64,000 nt of DNA from Lentihominibacter sp. (GCA_045638485.1 JAZUBM010000006.1:79-64078), one strand, 5' to 3'. Counted from the stretch's first letter, positions 50,830 to 62,621 are shown. Translations and numbers: made by a program. The notes: a model not told the origin generated them from the letters alone.

Positions 50830-52116
50830 ATGAGTAAATACGATGAAAATAACGAGCTGCGATGTTCGTTTTGCGGCAAGCCGCAAAGCCAAGTCAGCAG
50901 ACTCATAAGTGGCTCAGGGGTTTATATATGTAATGAATGTGTAACCCTGTGTCAAGATATATTGACAGCGGAAGAAAAGACTCGTGTAGTTGAGGGTCAG
51001 ATCGTTTCAGATCAGCCTGATAGTCTTCCGAAACCAAAGGAAATCTATGACGTTTTATCAGAATACGTTATAGGACAGGATGCAGCTAAAAAAGCTCTTG
51101 CAGTAGCGGTATATAACCACTATAAGAGAATCAACAGCGATAAATCCGAAGATGATGTAGAAATTCAGAAGAGCAATATCGTAATGGTTGGACCTACAGG
51201 ATCAGGGAAAACTTTGCTGGCCCAGACACTTGCGAGAATACTGAACGTGCCTTTTGCAATTGCTGATGCTACTGCACTGACAGAAGCCGGATATGTTGGA
51301 GAAGACGTAGAGAATATTCTTCTTAAGCTTATTCAGGCAGCTGACTATGATATAGAAAAAGCACAGCGTGGAATAATTTACGTTGACGAAATCGATAAGA
51401 TTTCCAAGAAGTCAGAAAATCCTTCAATCACAAGAGACGTAAGTGGTGAAGGCGTTCAGCAGGCATTGCTGAAGATTCTTGAAGGAACAGTAGCTAATGT
51501 CCCTCCACAGGGAGGCAGAAAACATCCTCATCAGGATTTCCTGCAGTTTGATACTACTAATGTACTGTTTATTTGCGGTGGTGCATTTGATGGACTTGAT
51601 AAGGTGGTTCAGAGAAGAATCGGCGAAAAGACTATAGGTTTTAACTCAAACGTTTCAGCAAACAAACTGGAAAAGGCTGAGCTTTTGAAACATGTTCAGC
51701 ATGAAGACTTGCTTAAATACGGACTCATTCCTGAATTTGTCGGAAGACTTCCTATGCTCGTAACATTGGAAGAACTGAGCAAGGAAGCTCTTATTGAAAT
51801 AATTACAGAGCCTAAAAATGCACTGATTAAGCAGTATAGAAAACTGTTCGCTATGGATGATGTGGAACTGGAAGTAAGAGAAGATGCTATTGAAGCTATT
51901 GCAGAAAAAGCACTTGCGAGAAAGACAGGAGCAAGAGGTCTTCGTGGCATAATGGAAAAAATAATGACTGATATTATGTATGAATTACCATCAAGAGATG
52001 ATGTTGATAAGTGCATAATTACAAGAGAAACCGTAGAAGCGGATAAAGAACCGGAGCTGGTACTGGCAAAGCCTGAACGTGCCATAGCAAAGGAAGCTGC
52101 AGCAGAAACGGCATAA
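50830..52116 (+). CDS. clpX: ClpX ATPase
   Basis: CSFCGK..C..C Zn finger, [16 protein letters not shown] loop and GARGLR. Confidence 0.98.
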   Translation: MSKYDENNELRCSFCGKPQSQVSRLISGSGVYICNECVTLCQDILTAEEKTRVVEGQIVSDQPDSLPKPKEIYDVLSEYVIGQDAAKKALAVAVYNHYKRINSDKSEDDVEIQKSNIVMVGPTGSGKTLLAQTLARILNVPFAIADATALTEAGYVGEDVENILLKLIQAADYDIEKAQRGIIYVDEIDKISKKSENPSITRDVSGEGVQQALLKILEGTVANVPPQGGRKHPHQDFLQFDTTNVLFICGGAFDGLDKVVQRRIGEKTIGFNSNVSANKLEKAELLKHVQHEDLLKYGLIPEFVGRLPMLVTLEELSKEALIEIITEPKNALIKQYRKLFAMDDVELEVREDAIEAIAEKALARKTGARGLRGIMEKIMTDIMYELPSRDDVDKCIITRETVEADKEPELVLAKPERAIAKEAAAETA

Positions 52117-52197
52117 GATGATACCGAGGCGGCTTTTGTAAGTCGCCTTGTTCAATACATAGATATATCGCGTTTTGCGATATGAAGGAGGCAACAC

Positions 52198-54597
52198 ATG
52201 GAAGATAACAAGAAACAGCCTGAAATTGAAGAGACTGTTGAAATGGAAATAGAAGAAAAAGAAGAGGCCACTGAAGAGGAAGGCATTATGGAGCTGCCGA
52301 TGATTCCTCTTAGAGGTTTATCGGTATTCCCTTATATGGTACTGCATTTTGACATAGGCAGAGAAAAGTCAATCAATGCTTTAGAAAAAGCAATGATTAC
52401 AGGACAGCATATTTTCCTTTCATCTCAGAAAGATGAAAATACAGATCTGCCTACAAGTGATGATTTTTATCATGTTGGAACAATCGGTAAAATTAAGCAG
52501 ATGCTTAAACTGCCGGGAGATTCAATTAGAGTTTTAGTTGAGGGAATTGCCAGAGGTGCGATTGAAGAAGTTCTCTTTGATGTGCCTTATTTCAAATGTA
52601 GAGTAAGACGAATCGATGATGTTGAGGATTTGAAAGATGATGCTGAAGCAGAAGCTCTCATGAGAACAGTTCTTAACAGTTTTGATGAATACATTAACAT
52701 CAACCAGAACTTAGCACCTGAAATTTTTGCTACTGTTGTTTCAATCGAAGAACCGGGCAGAATGGCAGACATGATTGCTTCACATCTTGAAATCAAGTTG
52801 GAAGACAAGCAAGAGATTCTGGAAATTCTTGAACCTAAGGCAAGACTTGAAAGACTCAATGCAATAATAGCTAAGGAAATCGAAATTCTTAACATCGAAC
52901 AGGATATTTCTTCAAAAGTAAAATCCCAAATCAATAAGAATCAGAGAGAATATTACCTTCGAGAACAGATGAGAGCTATCCAGGAAGAACTGGGTGTTTC
53001 CGAAGATATTGAAGATGAAATCTCAGGTTATATGGAAAAGCTCAATGCTCTTGAACTTGAAGAGAAGACTCGCGATAAGATTGAAAAAGAAATAAAGCGT
53101 TTCTCTAAGATGCAGTCATCATCTGCGGAAGCTACAGTAAGCAGAAGCTATATTGAAACTGTATTAGCACTTCCTTGGAATACAGAAAGCGAAGGAAATA
53201 TCGATCTTAACAAGGCAGAAGAAATCCTCAATGAAGATCATTATGGATTGGACAAGGTTAAAGAAAGAGTTCTTGAATATCTTGCAGTAATTCAGCTTAG
53301 TGAAAGTCTTAAGGGTCCTATCCTTTGTCTCGTTGGGCCTCCGGGAGTAGGTAAGACATCAATAGCAAAAAGCATTGCAAGATCCATCGACAGAGAATTT
53401 GTAAGAATGGCTCTGGGTGGAGTAAGAGATGAAGCTGAAATAAGAGGACACAGAAAAACTTATATAGGAGCCATTCCGGGAAGAATTATCAGTGCTATCA
53501 AAGATAGCGGAGTTAAGAACCCTGTATTCTTATTTGATGAAGTGGATAAGTTGGGAGCTGACTATAAGGGCGATCCATCATCTGCACTTTTGGAAGTATT
53601 GGATCCTGAGCAGAACAAGGACTTTACAGACCATTATCTTGAAGTACCGTTTGATCTCAGTAAGGTAATGTTCATTACTACAGCCAACACTACAGACACT
53701 ATTCCGCGACCTTTGCTGGATAGAATGGAAGTAATAGAAGTAAGTGGCTATACTGAAGAAGAAAAAGTAAATATTGCAAGCAAGTATCTGGCTCCAAAAC
53801 AGATAAAGGAAAATGGACTGACTTCAAAGAATATTTCCTTTAGCGAACAGAGTATCAGAACTTTGATAAATCACTATACAAGAGAGTCCGGAGTTAGAAA
53901 CCTTGAAAGGGAAATCGGAAACATCTGTAGAAAAGTAGCAAGAAATGTTGTTTGCGGAGATGATAAGAAGGTTAACGTTTCAGGCAAAAAAGTGCAGGAC
54001 CTTTTAGGAAAGAAAAAGTTCAGATATGATGTTATTAAGGGTGAAACCGAAGTTGGCGTTACTACAGGTCTTGCTTGGACAATCGTAGGGGGAGATACAC
54101 TCTTCATTGAAACTACAGCTGTTCCGGGAAGTGGTAAACTTGTACTCACAGGTCAGCTTGGAGATGTTATGCAGGAATCTGCAAAAGCAGGCGTAAGCTA
54201 TATCAGATCAGTTGCAAGCAAGTTTAAGATTGATGAAGAGTTTTACAAGAAATATGACTTACACATTCATATTCCTGAAGGAGCAACTCCTAAGGATGGT
54301 CCTTCTGCCGGAGTAACTATGTGCACAGCTATTATTTCAACGCTTACTGATACACCTGTAAGAAAAGATGTGGCAATGACAGGAGAAATAACTTTGAGAG
54401 GTAAAGTTCTTCCTGTAGGCGGCATTAGAGAAAAGGTGTTGGCGGCTCATAGAGCAGGAATAAGAAAGGTTCTTTTACCAAAGGACAATGAAGCAGATAT
54501 ACAGGATATTCCTGAAGTTGTAAGAAATGAAATGGAATTCGTTCTTATCAAGACAGTAAATGATGCACTTAAGCATGTACTTGTAAAGGGAGAATAA
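52198..54597 (+). CDS. lon: Lon protease
   Basis: [24 protein letters not shown] and [15 protein letters not shown]. Confidence 0.97.
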   Translation: MEDNKKQPEIEETVEMEIEEKEEATEEEGIMELPMIPLRGLSVFPYMVLHFDIGREKSINALEKAMITGQHIFLSSQKDENTDLPTSDDFYHVGTIGKIKQMLKLPGDSIRVLVEGIARGAIEEVLFDVPYFKCRVRRIDDVEDLKDDAEAEALMRTVLNSFDEYININQNLAPEIFATVVSIEEPGRMADMIASHLEIKLEDKQEILEILEPKARLERLNAIIAKEIEILNIEQDISSKVKSQINKNQREYYLREQMRAIQEELGVSEDIEDEISGYMEKLNALELEEKTRDKIEKEIKRFSKMQSSSAEATVSRSYIETVLALPWNTESEGNIDLNKAEEILNEDHYGLDKVKERVLEYLAVIQLSESLKGPILCLVGPPGVGKTSIAKSIARSIDREFVRMALGGVRDEAEIRGHRKTYIGAIPGRIISAIKDSGVKNPVFLFDEVDKLGADYKGDPSSALLEVLDPEQNKDFTDHYLEVPFDLSKVMFITTANTTDTIPRPLLDRMEVIEVSGYTEEEKVNIASKYLAPKQIKENGLTSKNISFSEQSIRTLINHYTRESGVRNLEREIGNICRKVARNVVCGDDKKVNVSGKKVQDLLGKKKFRYDVIKGETEVGVTTGLAWTIVGGDTLFIETTAVPGSGKLVLTGQLGDVMQESAKAGVSYIRSVASKFKIDEEFYKKYDLHIHIPEGATPKDGPSAGVTMCTAIISTLTDTPVRKDVAMTGEITLRGKVLPVGGIREKVLAAHRAGIRKVLLPKDNEADIQDIPEVVRNEMEFVLIKTVNDALKHVLVKGE

Positions 54598-54598
54598 T

Positions 54599-55186
54599 AT
54601 GATTATAAAGAGATCCGATTTGGAAACTGTCGCAGTAAAACCCAGCCAGTATCCACCGGAAAATTTAAAAGAGATTGCATTTGCCGGCAGATCAAATGTC
54701 GGCAAGTCATCTTTGCTTAATTTAATAACAGGTCGTAAGAAACTGGCCAGAGTAAGCGGAAGTCCCGGTAAGACAAGAACCATTAACTTCTATATCATCA
54801 ATGATGAATTTAGAGTAGTAGACCTTCCGGGATATGGATATGCTAAGGTTTCTAAATCCATGTCTGAAGGATGGGGCGATATGATGGAAACTTACCTTGG
54901 AGGAAGACCAAATCTTGTTAAGGTAATCCAGCTGGTTGATATTCGTCATGCACCTTCTAAGCAGGACATTGAAATGTATAATTACCTAAGACATTATGGT
55001 CTTGATGGAATAGTTGTAGCTACAAAGGCTGACAAGATTTCAAGAAATCAGTTACCTAAACATATCAAAGAAATCAGACAAACTCTTAAACTTTCGTCAG
55101 AAGACAAGGTGATTCCTGTATCAGCATTGAAGAAAACAGGATATGAGGAGTTACTCGATGTCATGGAAGGTCTGCTGGAGGGATAA
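54599..55186 (+). CDS. engB: Ribosome biogenesis GTPase YsxC/EngB
   Basis: FAGRSNVGKSSL, PGKT, DLPGYGYA and TKADK. Confidence 0.96.
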   Translation: MIIKRSDLETVAVKPSQYPPENLKEIAFAGRSNVGKSSLLNLITGRKKLARVSGSPGKTRTINFYIINDEFRVVDLPGYGYAKVSKSMSEGWGDMMETYLGGRPNLVKVIQLVDIRHAPSKQDIEMYNYLRHYGLDGIVVATKADKISRNQLPKHIKEIRQTLKLSSEDKVIPVSALKKTGYEELLDVMEGLLEG

Positions 55187-55516
55187 ATGAATTTTTTAGG
55201 CATTCAAGTGATAGTGAAGAGATTCAAAGCCATTAAGTTTATGATGGCTGATAAATCTGTTCCAAAAAGAAAAAAAGCCTTGATCATATTCGGCATTGCA
55301 TACATATTTTTTCCTATAGATCTTATACCGCCTATTTTCTTCCCATTATCTCTTATAGATGATGTATGCTTATGGATATTTATTTTATGGTATTTATCTA
55401 GTGAACTTGATAAATATTGGATGGGTGGAAAAAGCAAGGATTATTCTAAAAAATTTCGTGGAAAAACATTCGTTGATGATGTAGAATATGAAGTAGATGA
55501 AAATGATGGCAAGTAA
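55187..55516 (+). CDS. YkvA/DUF1232-family small membrane protein
   Basis: AYIFFPIDLIP..LIDD. Confidence 0.8.
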   Translation: MNFLGIQVIVKRFKAIKFMMADKSVPKRKKALIIFGIAYIFFPIDLIPPIFFPLSLIDDVCLWIFILWYLSSELDKYWMGGKSKDYSKKFRGKTFVDDVEYEVDENDGK

Positions 55517-55545
55517 CATTTTGTTATTGTAGAAGGAGACGAAGT

Positions 55546-56073
55546 ATGAGTAACGATACCATCGGTACAGTAATGATCACTCAACAACAAATTAACGAAA
55601 GAGCAGCTGAAATAGGAAGACAGATTGAAGAAGACTTCAAAGGAGAACCTATCGTAGTGGTTGGTATTCTCAGAGGTGCGGTTATGTGGATGGTTGATGT
55701 TATGAAGAATACCAATCTTGATATGACCATCGATTTTATGTCTGTAAGCAGCTATGGTTCAGCAAAGAAATCATCCGGTATTGTTAAAATTAATAAGGAC
55801 TTGGATACAGATATCGAAGGTAAGAACGTTATTATCGTTGAAGATATCGTAGATTCAGGTTATACCCTCAACTACCTTAAGGGCTATTTTGAAAGCAGAG
55901 CTGCAAAGGCTGTTAAAATCTGTACTTTACTCGATAAGCCTGATGGCAGAAAAGTGGAGATCGATGTTGATTACATAGGATTTACTGTAGACGATAGATT
56001 TATCATCGGATATGGTCTTGACTATGATCAAAAATACAGAAACCTTCCATATATATCATTTTTGGAAGACTAA
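55546..56073 (+). CDS. hpt: Hypoxanthine phosphoribosyltransferase
   Basis: SSYG..SSG, VIIVEDIVDSGYTL, LLDKP and GYGLDY..YRNLP. Confidence 0.96.
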   Translation: MSNDTIGTVMITQQQINERAAEIGRQIEEDFKGEPIVVVGILRGAVMWMVDVMKNTNLDMTIDFMSVSSYGSAKKSSGIVKINKDLDTDIEGKNVIIVEDIVDSGYTLNYLKGYFESRAAKAVKICTLLDKPDGRKVEIDVDYIGFTVDDRFIIGYGLDYDQKYRNLPYISFLED

Positions 56074-56114
56074 CATAAACTATTTAAAGCATTAAATAAA
56101 TAAGGAGAATCAAA

Positions 56115-56687
56115 ATGGGTTACGAAGTAAAAATCGGATTATCAAACAAGCACGTACATCTTCAGAAGGAACATATCGACATTCTGTTCGGTGAAGGACA
56201 TGAACTGACACCAACTAAGGCGCTCGTACAGCCTGGTCAGTTTGCTTCAGAAGAAAAAGTAGATATCGTTGGACCTAAGACTACTCTGAAGGGTATCAGA
56301 GTACTGGGACCTGCTAGACCTGAAACACAGGTTGAAATTTCAATGACAGACGCTAGAATGCTGGGTATCAAGGCTCCTGTAAGAGAATCAGGTAAGCTGG
56401 ATGGAACTCCTGGATGCAAGCTGGTTGGTCCTTGCGGAGAAGTTGAACTGGAAAAGGGCGTTATGGTAGCTCTGAGACACGTTCACCTGAGCCCTGCACA
56501 GGCTGAAGAAGCAGGCGTTAAAGATAAGGATATCGTTTGCCTGAAGGTTGGCGGAGAAAGAGGTCTGATTTTTGATAACGTACTGGTTAGATCAGGCGAT
56601 GCTCACGAAAGAGAAGCTCATCTGGATACAGACGAAGGTAACGCAGCAGGATGCGGACCGGACGCAGTAGCAGAAATTATTAAGTAA
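56115..56687 (+). CDS. pduL: PduL-type phosphotransacylase (no encapsulation peptide)
   Basis: SNKHVHL, QPGQFA, RVLGP.R..QVE, RESG, RHVH and HLDTDEGNA. Confidence 0.93.
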   Translation: MGYEVKIGLSNKHVHLQKEHIDILFGEGHELTPTKALVQPGQFASEEKVDIVGPKTTLKGIRVLGPARPETQVEISMTDARMLGIKAPVRESGKLDGTPGCKLVGPCGEVELEKGVMVALRHVHLSPAQAEEAGVKDKDIVCLKVGGERGLIFDNVLVRSGDAHEREAHLDTDEGNAAGCGPDAVAEIIK

Positions 56688-56689
56688 GT

Positions 56690-56717
56690 AAAAGTGCGGA
56701 AATATTTCCGCACTTTT
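56690..56717. terminator. Bidirectional terminator between pduL and spoVT
   Basis: AAAAGTGCGGAA-atat-TTCCGCACTTTT. Confidence 0.82.
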
Positions 56718-57209
56718 TTAATTTTCCATTTGTCTGGCTAAAAACCCGGCACCAAGTTCAGCAGTCTTTACTTCTAAATCTGTCAAGTCTCTTCCTTCGT
56801 GTGGCAATATGGTCACCGAGCCTATAGGATCACCATTGGAAAGTATGGGAACAACTACTTTCGCTCCTGAGCTAAATTTTGATTTGTGTTGAATTATATC
56901 ATCTAATTCAGCATCTATGTCTTTATTGATGAATTCTTTAGTATTTGTTCCTGATACAGCTACGTAATGATCTGTGTCTGATACCAAGACAGGCAACCCC
57001 AGTATAGAGGATGCAGAGTCAGCAAAAAGTGTTGCTATTTGTCCTAATTCGCTGATCGGGGAATATTTCTTTAAAATAACTTCTCCTGCAGTACCTGTGT
57101 AGATTTCCAATGGGTCTCCTTCACGAATTCTTAAAATTTTTCTAATTTCCTTGGGGACCACGACTCTTCCCAAATCATCGATACGTCTGACAATTCCTGT
57201 TGCTTTCAT
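56718..57209 (-). CDS. spoVT: Stage V sporulation protein T (AbrB-domain regulator)
   Basis: MKATGIVRRIDDLGRVVVPKEIR..LRIREGDPLEI, LKKYSP and PILSNGDPIGSV. Confidence 0.92.
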   Translation of the reverse strand: MKATGIVRRIDDLGRVVVPKEIRKILRIREGDPLEIYTGTAGEVILKKYSPISELGQIATLFADSASSILGLPVLVSDTDHYVAVSGTNTKEFINKDIDAELDDIIQHKSKFSSGAKVVVPILSNGDPIGSVTILPHEGRDLTDLEVKTAELGAGFLARQMEN

Positions 57210-57406
57210 AATTATATTTCTCTCCTTATGTTAAATATTCAACTTATTTTCTATTAACCAAGCCGTGGTAATATTATTTGTTAATGGGAAAAAATAATAC
57301 TTAAATTTATGGATGTGGTGAAACTCTTTGACTTTTATTTATCATTGGAGTAACATTTTAATAAGTATGGGATTTTTTAGATGAACTTTGAAAGGGAACT
57401 ATTGAC

Positions 57407-58954
57407 ATGAAAAAATTTCGTGGTCTTTGGAAGATAATATTTGGCAGAACGGCAATCCTTATTACCCTTATGCTTTTGCAAATTTTGCTGCTTCTGGGCG
57501 GATTCGCTTTTCTGGGAAAACATGTATTGGTACTCAACTCTATTTTAGGGGTTTTGGGTGTATTTATACTGATATATATTCTTAATGCCAAACAAAATTC
57601 TAGCTTTAAGCTGATGTGGATTATATTTATTTTAGCAATGCCTCTCGTTGGTGTAGTTTTCTTTATTTTTACTAAAATTCAGCCGGGAACAGCCAAACTG
57701 TCGAATAGAATAGATAAACTTATCGAGGAGGAAGCGCTGTTTTTAAGACCGGCAAGAGATACTGTAAATACTGTTTACTCCGAGTCAAAACAGGCATTCG
57801 GTCTATTTAAATATATCTACGAAAAAGGTAATTACCCTGTATATAATAATGCAGCAATCAAATATTTTCCTCTGGGTGAAGATAAATTTCAAGAAATGAT
57901 TTATCAAATGGAAAAAGCCAAGGATTTCATTTTCCTGGAATACTTTATAGTTGAGAGAGGATATATGTGGGATACTGTTCTTGAAGTGCTTTCAAGAAAA
58001 GTTAAAGAAGGTGTAGAAGTAAGATTTATGTATGATGGAACCAATACACTTTCACTTCTTCCGAAGAATTATCCTGAAAGAATGAAAGCACGTGGCATCA
58101 AGTGCAAAGTTTTCTCTCCGATGACACCATTCCTTTCTACTCATCAGAACAATAGAGACCATAGAAAAATTTTGGTAATAGATGGACACACCGCCTTTAC
58201 GGGAGGAGTAAATATAGCTGACGAATACATCAATAGAAGAGAAAGATTTGGACATTGGAAAGATACAGCAATCATGGTTCAAGGCGAGGCTGTCAACAGC
58301 TTCACTCTCATGTTCCTTCAAATGTGGAATATAGATGAAATTAAGACGGAAAACTATGGGCGCTATATGTACAATGGAGGATATATCGATCCTTCGGTGA
58401 AGAAGGGAGGCTTTATTGCCCCTTATGGAGATAGTCCTTTTGATAATGAAGAGCTGGGTAAAAAGGTTTATTTGGATATACTTAATCGTGCCAATGACTA
58501 TGTTCATATAATGACTCCTTATTTGATTTTAGACGAAGAGACTGTAGATGCATTGACATTTGCTGCTCAAAGAGGCGTAGAGGTTAAATTAATATTACCT
58601 CACGTACCGGATAAAAAGTATGCTTACTGGCTTGCAAGAACTCATTATCGCGAATTGATTAGTGAGGGTGTTGAAATTTATGAATACACACCAGGATTTG
58701 TTCATGCTAAGGTATTTACAAGTGATGATGAAAAAGCTGTTGTAGGGACAATAAATCTTGACTATAGAAGCTTATTCCTGCACTTTGAATGTGCTGCATA
58801 TATTTGGAAGAATCCTGTTATTAAAGATGTTGAACTGGACTTCCAAAGCACATTGAAACAATGCAGAAAGATGTCCTTGCAGGATTGTAAGGAGTATAAT
58901 ACAATCTATAAGGTGTTTGGGCAGGTGCTTAGACTTATTGCACCTCTTATGTAA
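57407..58954 (+). CDS. cls: Cardiolipin synthase
   Basis: N-terminal TMs; two HKD motifs (HRKILVIDG and HAKVFTSD); INLDYRS. Confidence 0.92.
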   Translation: MKKFRGLWKIIFGRTAILITLMLLQILLLLGGFAFLGKHVLVLNSILGVLGVFILIYILNAKQNSSFKLMWIIFILAMPLVGVVFFIFTKIQPGTAKLSNRIDKLIEEEALFLRPARDTVNTVYSESKQAFGLFKYIYEKGNYPVYNNAAIKYFPLGEDKFQEMIYQMEKAKDFIFLEYFIVERGYMWDTVLEVLSRKVKEGVEVRFMYDGTNTLSLLPKNYPERMKARGIKCKVFSPMTPFLSTHQNNRDHRKILVIDGHTAFTGGVNIADEYINRRERFGHWKDTAIMVQGEAVNSFTLMFLQMWNIDEIKTENYGRYMYNGGYIDPSVKKGGFIAPYGDSPFDNEELGKKVYLDILNRANDYVHIMTPYLILDEETVDALTFAAQRGVEVKLILPHVPDKKYAYWLARTHYRELISEGVEIYEYTPGFVHAKVFTSDDEKAVVGTINLDYRSLFLHFECAAYIWKNPVIKDVELDFQSTLKQCRKMSLQDCKEYNTIYKVFGQVLRLIAPLM

Positions 58955-58972
58955 TGAAAGAAAGGATTTACC

Positions 58973-60262
58973 ATGCTGTTTAGCAACATTACAATAATCA
59001 ATGAAAATATGGAAGTAGAACAAGGAAAATATGTCCTTGTAAAAGACGATAAAATTGCTTATATAGGAGATGAAAAGCCTAATGAATCATCTGTAAGAGA
59101 GTATGATGGAAAGGGCAAGCTTCTCATGAGTGGATTCTTTAATGGTCACGGACATTCTCCAATGGCCCTTATGAGAGGTTACGGAGAGAATATGGGCCTT
59201 CAGGATTGGCTATTCAAGAAGATATTTCCGTTTGAAGATCAGCTTGACAGCAACGCAGTTTACTGGGGAACCATGCTGACAATGGCTGAATCCGTTAGAT
59301 ACGGAATAGTTTCCACCAGCGATATGTATTATTTCTGTGACGACATGGCTAAAGCAGTTATGGAATGTGGTTGCAAAAGCAACATATCAAGGTCTATAAC
59401 AAATCCTATGGGAGCTCCTGTTGCTGAACTTGCCAGCTTTGGTGAAATGAAAGATTTTTACAGTAGTTTTCATAATGCAGCAGATGGAAGAATAAAAGTA
59501 GATATGAGCCTTCATGGCGAATACACTTCAAATCCTGAGACTGCTATGGCTCTTGCTGATTATACAAGAAGTCTTGGAGACACTATAATGCATATTCATG
59601 TTTCGGAAACTAAGTCAGAGCATGAAGAATGCATACAAAGACATGGACTTACACCTGCAGCGTATTTGGAAAAGATGGGTTTGTTTGATGTTCCCGCTAT
59701 TGCTGCTCATTGTGTTTATTCAGATGACAATGACCTTGAAATTTTCAAGGCTAAAGGAGTAACAGTTGCCACAAACCCTGTCAGCAATATGAAGCTGGCC
59801 AGCGGTATTTGCAATGTTCAAAAAATCATAGACAAAGGGATCAACCTATCTATAGGTACAGACAGTGTTGCCAGCAACAATAGTCTTGACTTCATGGAAG
59901 AAATGAAAGTGATGACAATTGGATGCAAAGTGCACTCTTCAGATCCTACTGCAGTTAAACCTGCTGATACACTTCGTGCTGCTACTTTGGGTGGAGCAAA
60001 GGCTCAGGGCAGAAATGATACAGGTGTTTTGAAAGAAGGATATAAAGCGGATCTTATCGTAGTAGATATTTCTCAGCCTAATATGCATCCTGTTCACAAT
60101 CTCATCAACAATATGGTGTATTCTAGTTCAGGTAAAGATGTACTCTTGACGATGGTTGATGGTAAGGTTCTTTATGACAATGGTGAATATACTACCATAG
60201 ATTTGGAAAAAACCATTTACGAAGCGGAAAAGGCAACTAAAAATATACTTGAAAGGCTTTAA
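58973..60262 (+). CDS. mtaD: Amidohydrolase, MTA/SAH deaminase-like
   Basis: NGHGHSPM, HIHVSET, AAHCV, NMKLASG and GTDSVASNN. Confidence 0.8.
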   Translation: MLFSNITIINENMEVEQGKYVLVKDDKIAYIGDEKPNESSVREYDGKGKLLMSGFFNGHGHSPMALMRGYGENMGLQDWLFKKIFPFEDQLDSNAVYWGTMLTMAESVRYGIVSTSDMYYFCDDMAKAVMECGCKSNISRSITNPMGAPVAELASFGEMKDFYSSFHNAADGRIKVDMSLHGEYTSNPETAMALADYTRSLGDTIMHIHVSETKSEHEECIQRHGLTPAAYLEKMGLFDVPAIAAHCVYSDDNDLEIFKAKGVTVATNPVSNMKLASGICNVQKIIDKGINLSIGTDSVASNNSLDFMEEMKVMTIGCKVHSSDPTAVKPADTLRAATLGGAKAQGRNDTGVLKEGYKADLIVVDISQPNMHPVHNLINNMVYSSSGKDVLLTMVDGKVLYDNGEYTTIDLEKTIYEAEKATKNILERL

Positions 60263-60264
60263 TA

Positions 60265-61893
60265 ATGACAAAAAAATCTTTATTAGGAGGAGCTGCAGTT
60301 CTGGCTGCAGCAGGCATAATTGTTAAATTCATAGGAGCGTTCTTCAGAATACCTCTTGCCAATTTTATTGGCGATGTTGGTATGGCGTACTATTATCCGG
60401 CATATTCCATTTATGGATTTTTACTGGTATTCGCAACTACCGGTATTCCGGTAGCCATATCAAAAATGGTTTCAGAAAGATATGCTGTCGGTCAGTTCAG
60501 TGAAGCTGAGAGAGTATTCAAATTATCCAGAACACTTATGTTTATAATAGGTGCGATTGGATTCTTTGTTTTATTCTTCTTCAGTAATGAGCTTGCAGAA
60601 TTAATGAATAACCCGGGCTCTGCTTTAGCAATGAAAGCTACTGCACCGGCACTGATATTGGTTCCTATTATGTCGGCATACAGAGGATATTTTCAGGGTA
60701 TGCAGGACATGACATCAACTGCAGTATCACAAGTAGTTGAACAGGTTTTCAGAGTAGTGTGTGGTCTTTCCTTAGCACTGATTCTTATGGGAAGCGTATA
60801 TTCATTCCTTGAACCGAATGAGCAAGCAAGAGGTGCTGCAGGCGGATGCTTCGGTGCTTCAGCCGGAGCGGTAGGAGGATTACTTGTAATGCTTCTGTTC
60901 TATCTTGCTGCAAGAAAACAAATAAAAGAAAGAGTAAGAAATGACAGAACTGATGTAAAAGAAAGCAGCAGTACTATACTTAAGAAAATAGCAGGAATAG
61001 CTGTACCTATAACTATAGGAGCTGCTATGATGCCGATAGTCAATGTTGTGGATTCAAGTATCGTTATGACCAGACTTTTGGAAGCAGGTCTGGACAGAAC
61101 TACTGCAGAAAGTTTGTTTGGACAGCTGACAGGCTTTGCGAGTCCTGTAGTACAGTTCCCGTTAGTACTGATACAGGCAATAGTTGTAAGTCTTGTTCCT
61201 ATGGTTGCAGCTTCAAATAAACTTGGAAACAAAGCGGAACTTCACAATAATATATCTCTTGGCGTCAGAATGACATCAATAATAACATTGCCTGCGGCAA
61301 TTGGTCTCTTTGTACTGTCTGAACAGGTATTATTGCTTCTGTACAGCTCACAGAGAGCAAGTGCTATAAGTGCAGCGCCATGCTTACAGATATTATCTTT
61401 AGGATTTATTTTCCTTGCTGCTCTTACAATATTCACAGGTGCTTTACAAGGACTTGGTAAACCGGGAATCCCTGTAAGAAATCTCTTCATAGGAGTAGTT
61501 GCAAAACTGGTATTAACATGGGTTCTTACAGCAATACCTGCGATAAATGTTATGGGTGCCGCATTAGGTACAATATCTGCATATGCAGTAGCTGCAGTAT
61601 TGGATTATTTTGCACTTGTAAAATATAGCGGAGTTAAGCTCTCATTCAAACTTACACTTTTCAAACCATTAATATCAGCTGTTATAATGGGTATCGTGGT
61701 ATTTGGAGCATATAAAGTACTGTTCATTATATTAGGAAGTAATGGTACAGCTACTATACTTTCAGTATTTGTTGGTGTTGTTGTTTACGGACTAGTGGTA
61801 TTGAAGACAAAAACTATTGAAAGAGAAGAAATGATGACCATTTCTATTGGTAGAAAAATTGCTCTGATTTGCGATAAATTTAGATTATGGTAA
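60265..61893 (+). CDS. MOP-superfamily flippase (YabM/SpoVB-like)
   Basis: About 14 TM segments; FRIPL, GIPVAISK, RGYFQG..M and SQVVEQ; position before hup-yabO. Confidence 0.88.
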   Translation: MTKKSLLGGAAVLAAAGIIVKFIGAFFRIPLANFIGDVGMAYYYPAYSIYGFLLVFATTGIPVAISKMVSERYAVGQFSEAERVFKLSRTLMFIIGAIGFFVLFFFSNELAELMNNPGSALAMKATAPALILVPIMSAYRGYFQGMQDMTSTAVSQVVEQVFRVVCGLSLALILMGSVYSFLEPNEQARGAAGGCFGASAGAVGGLLVMLLFYLAARKQIKERVRNDRTDVKESSSTILKKIAGIAVPITIGAAMMPIVNVVDSSIVMTRLLEAGLDRTTAESLFGQLTGFASPVVQFPLVLIQAIVVSLVPMVAASNKLGNKAELHNNISLGVRMTSIITLPAAIGLFVLSEQVLLLLYSSQRASAISAAPCLQILSLGFIFLAALTIFTGALQGLGKPGIPVRNLFIGVVAKLVLTWVLTAIPAINVMGAALGTISAYAVAAVLDYFALVKYSGVKLSFKLTLFKPLISAVIMGIVVFGAYKVLFIILGSNGTATILSVFVGVVVYGLVVLKTKTIEREEMMTISIGRKIALICDKFRLW

Positions 61894-62020
61894 ACGTATG
61901 AAAAAAACTGTTGTTTGATTCAAAACGGCTTGACAAAACCGTTGAAAAATGGGACAATATAGCGTAAGCAAAGGCTTAGGACAACCTTTGTGTGTTAGTA
62001 ATTTTAAGGAGGATTTATTG

Positions 62021-62299
62021 ATGAATAAAGCGGAATTAGTAGCTGCAGTAGCAGAAAAGACCGGTTTTACTAAGAAAGACGCAGAATTAGCAGTTAACGC
62101 TTTCGTTTCAAGTGTAGAAGGCGCTTTAGTACAGGGTGAAAAAGTTCAGTTAATAGGATTTGGTACTTTCGAAGTTCGTGAAAGAAAGGCTAGACAGGGA
62201 AGAAATCCTAGAAAACCTGGTGAAATAATCAAGATCGATGCATCAAAGGCTCCTGTTTTCAAGGCAGGTAAGGCTCTGAAGGATGCAGTAAACAAATAA
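62021..62299 (+). CDS. hup: HU DNA-binding protein
   Basis: MNKAELV, LIGFGTF, R.AR.GRNP and [13 protein letters not shown]. Confidence 0.97.
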   Translation: MNKAELVAAVAEKTGFTKKDAELAVNAFVSSVEGALVQGEKVQLIGFGTFEVRERKARQGRNPRKPGEIIKIDASKAPVFKAGKALKDAVNK

Positions 62300-62361
62300 G
62301 AGTCGATTATAAAGGGTAACTGATGTTGCCCTTTTATTATTAATAAATTGTGGAGGAAAAA

Positions 62362-62604
62362 ATGCGAATAGACAAATATCTTAAAAACTCCAGAATTATC
62401 AAAAGACGTACCGTGGCAAAAGAAGCTTGTGAACAAGGCAGAATTACAGTAAATGATAAAGTTGCTAAACCGGGGCTTGAAGTTAAGGTTGGGGATGAAA
62501 TATTTATCCAGTTTGGTAACGGTAGCCTTAAAGTAGAAGTAATGGCACTAACTGAATCTTGCCGTAAGGAAGATGCTGCGGGAATGTATAGGGTAATTGA
62601 ATAA
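62362..62604 (+). CDS. yabO: S4-domain RNA-binding protein YabO/RqcP (Hsp15-like)
   Basis: MRIDKYLK..RIIKRRTVAKEAC..GR..VN. Confidence 0.9.
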   Translation: MRIDKYLKNSRIIKRRTVAKEACEQGRITVNDKVAKPGLEVKVGDEIFIQFGNGSLKVEVMALTESCRKEDAAGMYRVIE

Positions 62605-62621
62605 CCTCAGGAATAAAAACG

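Noticed and set aside
56081-56098. Perfect palindrome TATTTAA-AGCA-TTAAATA before pduL (Rex-like)
   Set aside because: Two mismatches per half-site versus TTGTTAA-N4-TTAACAA in very AT-rich DNA; insufficient support.
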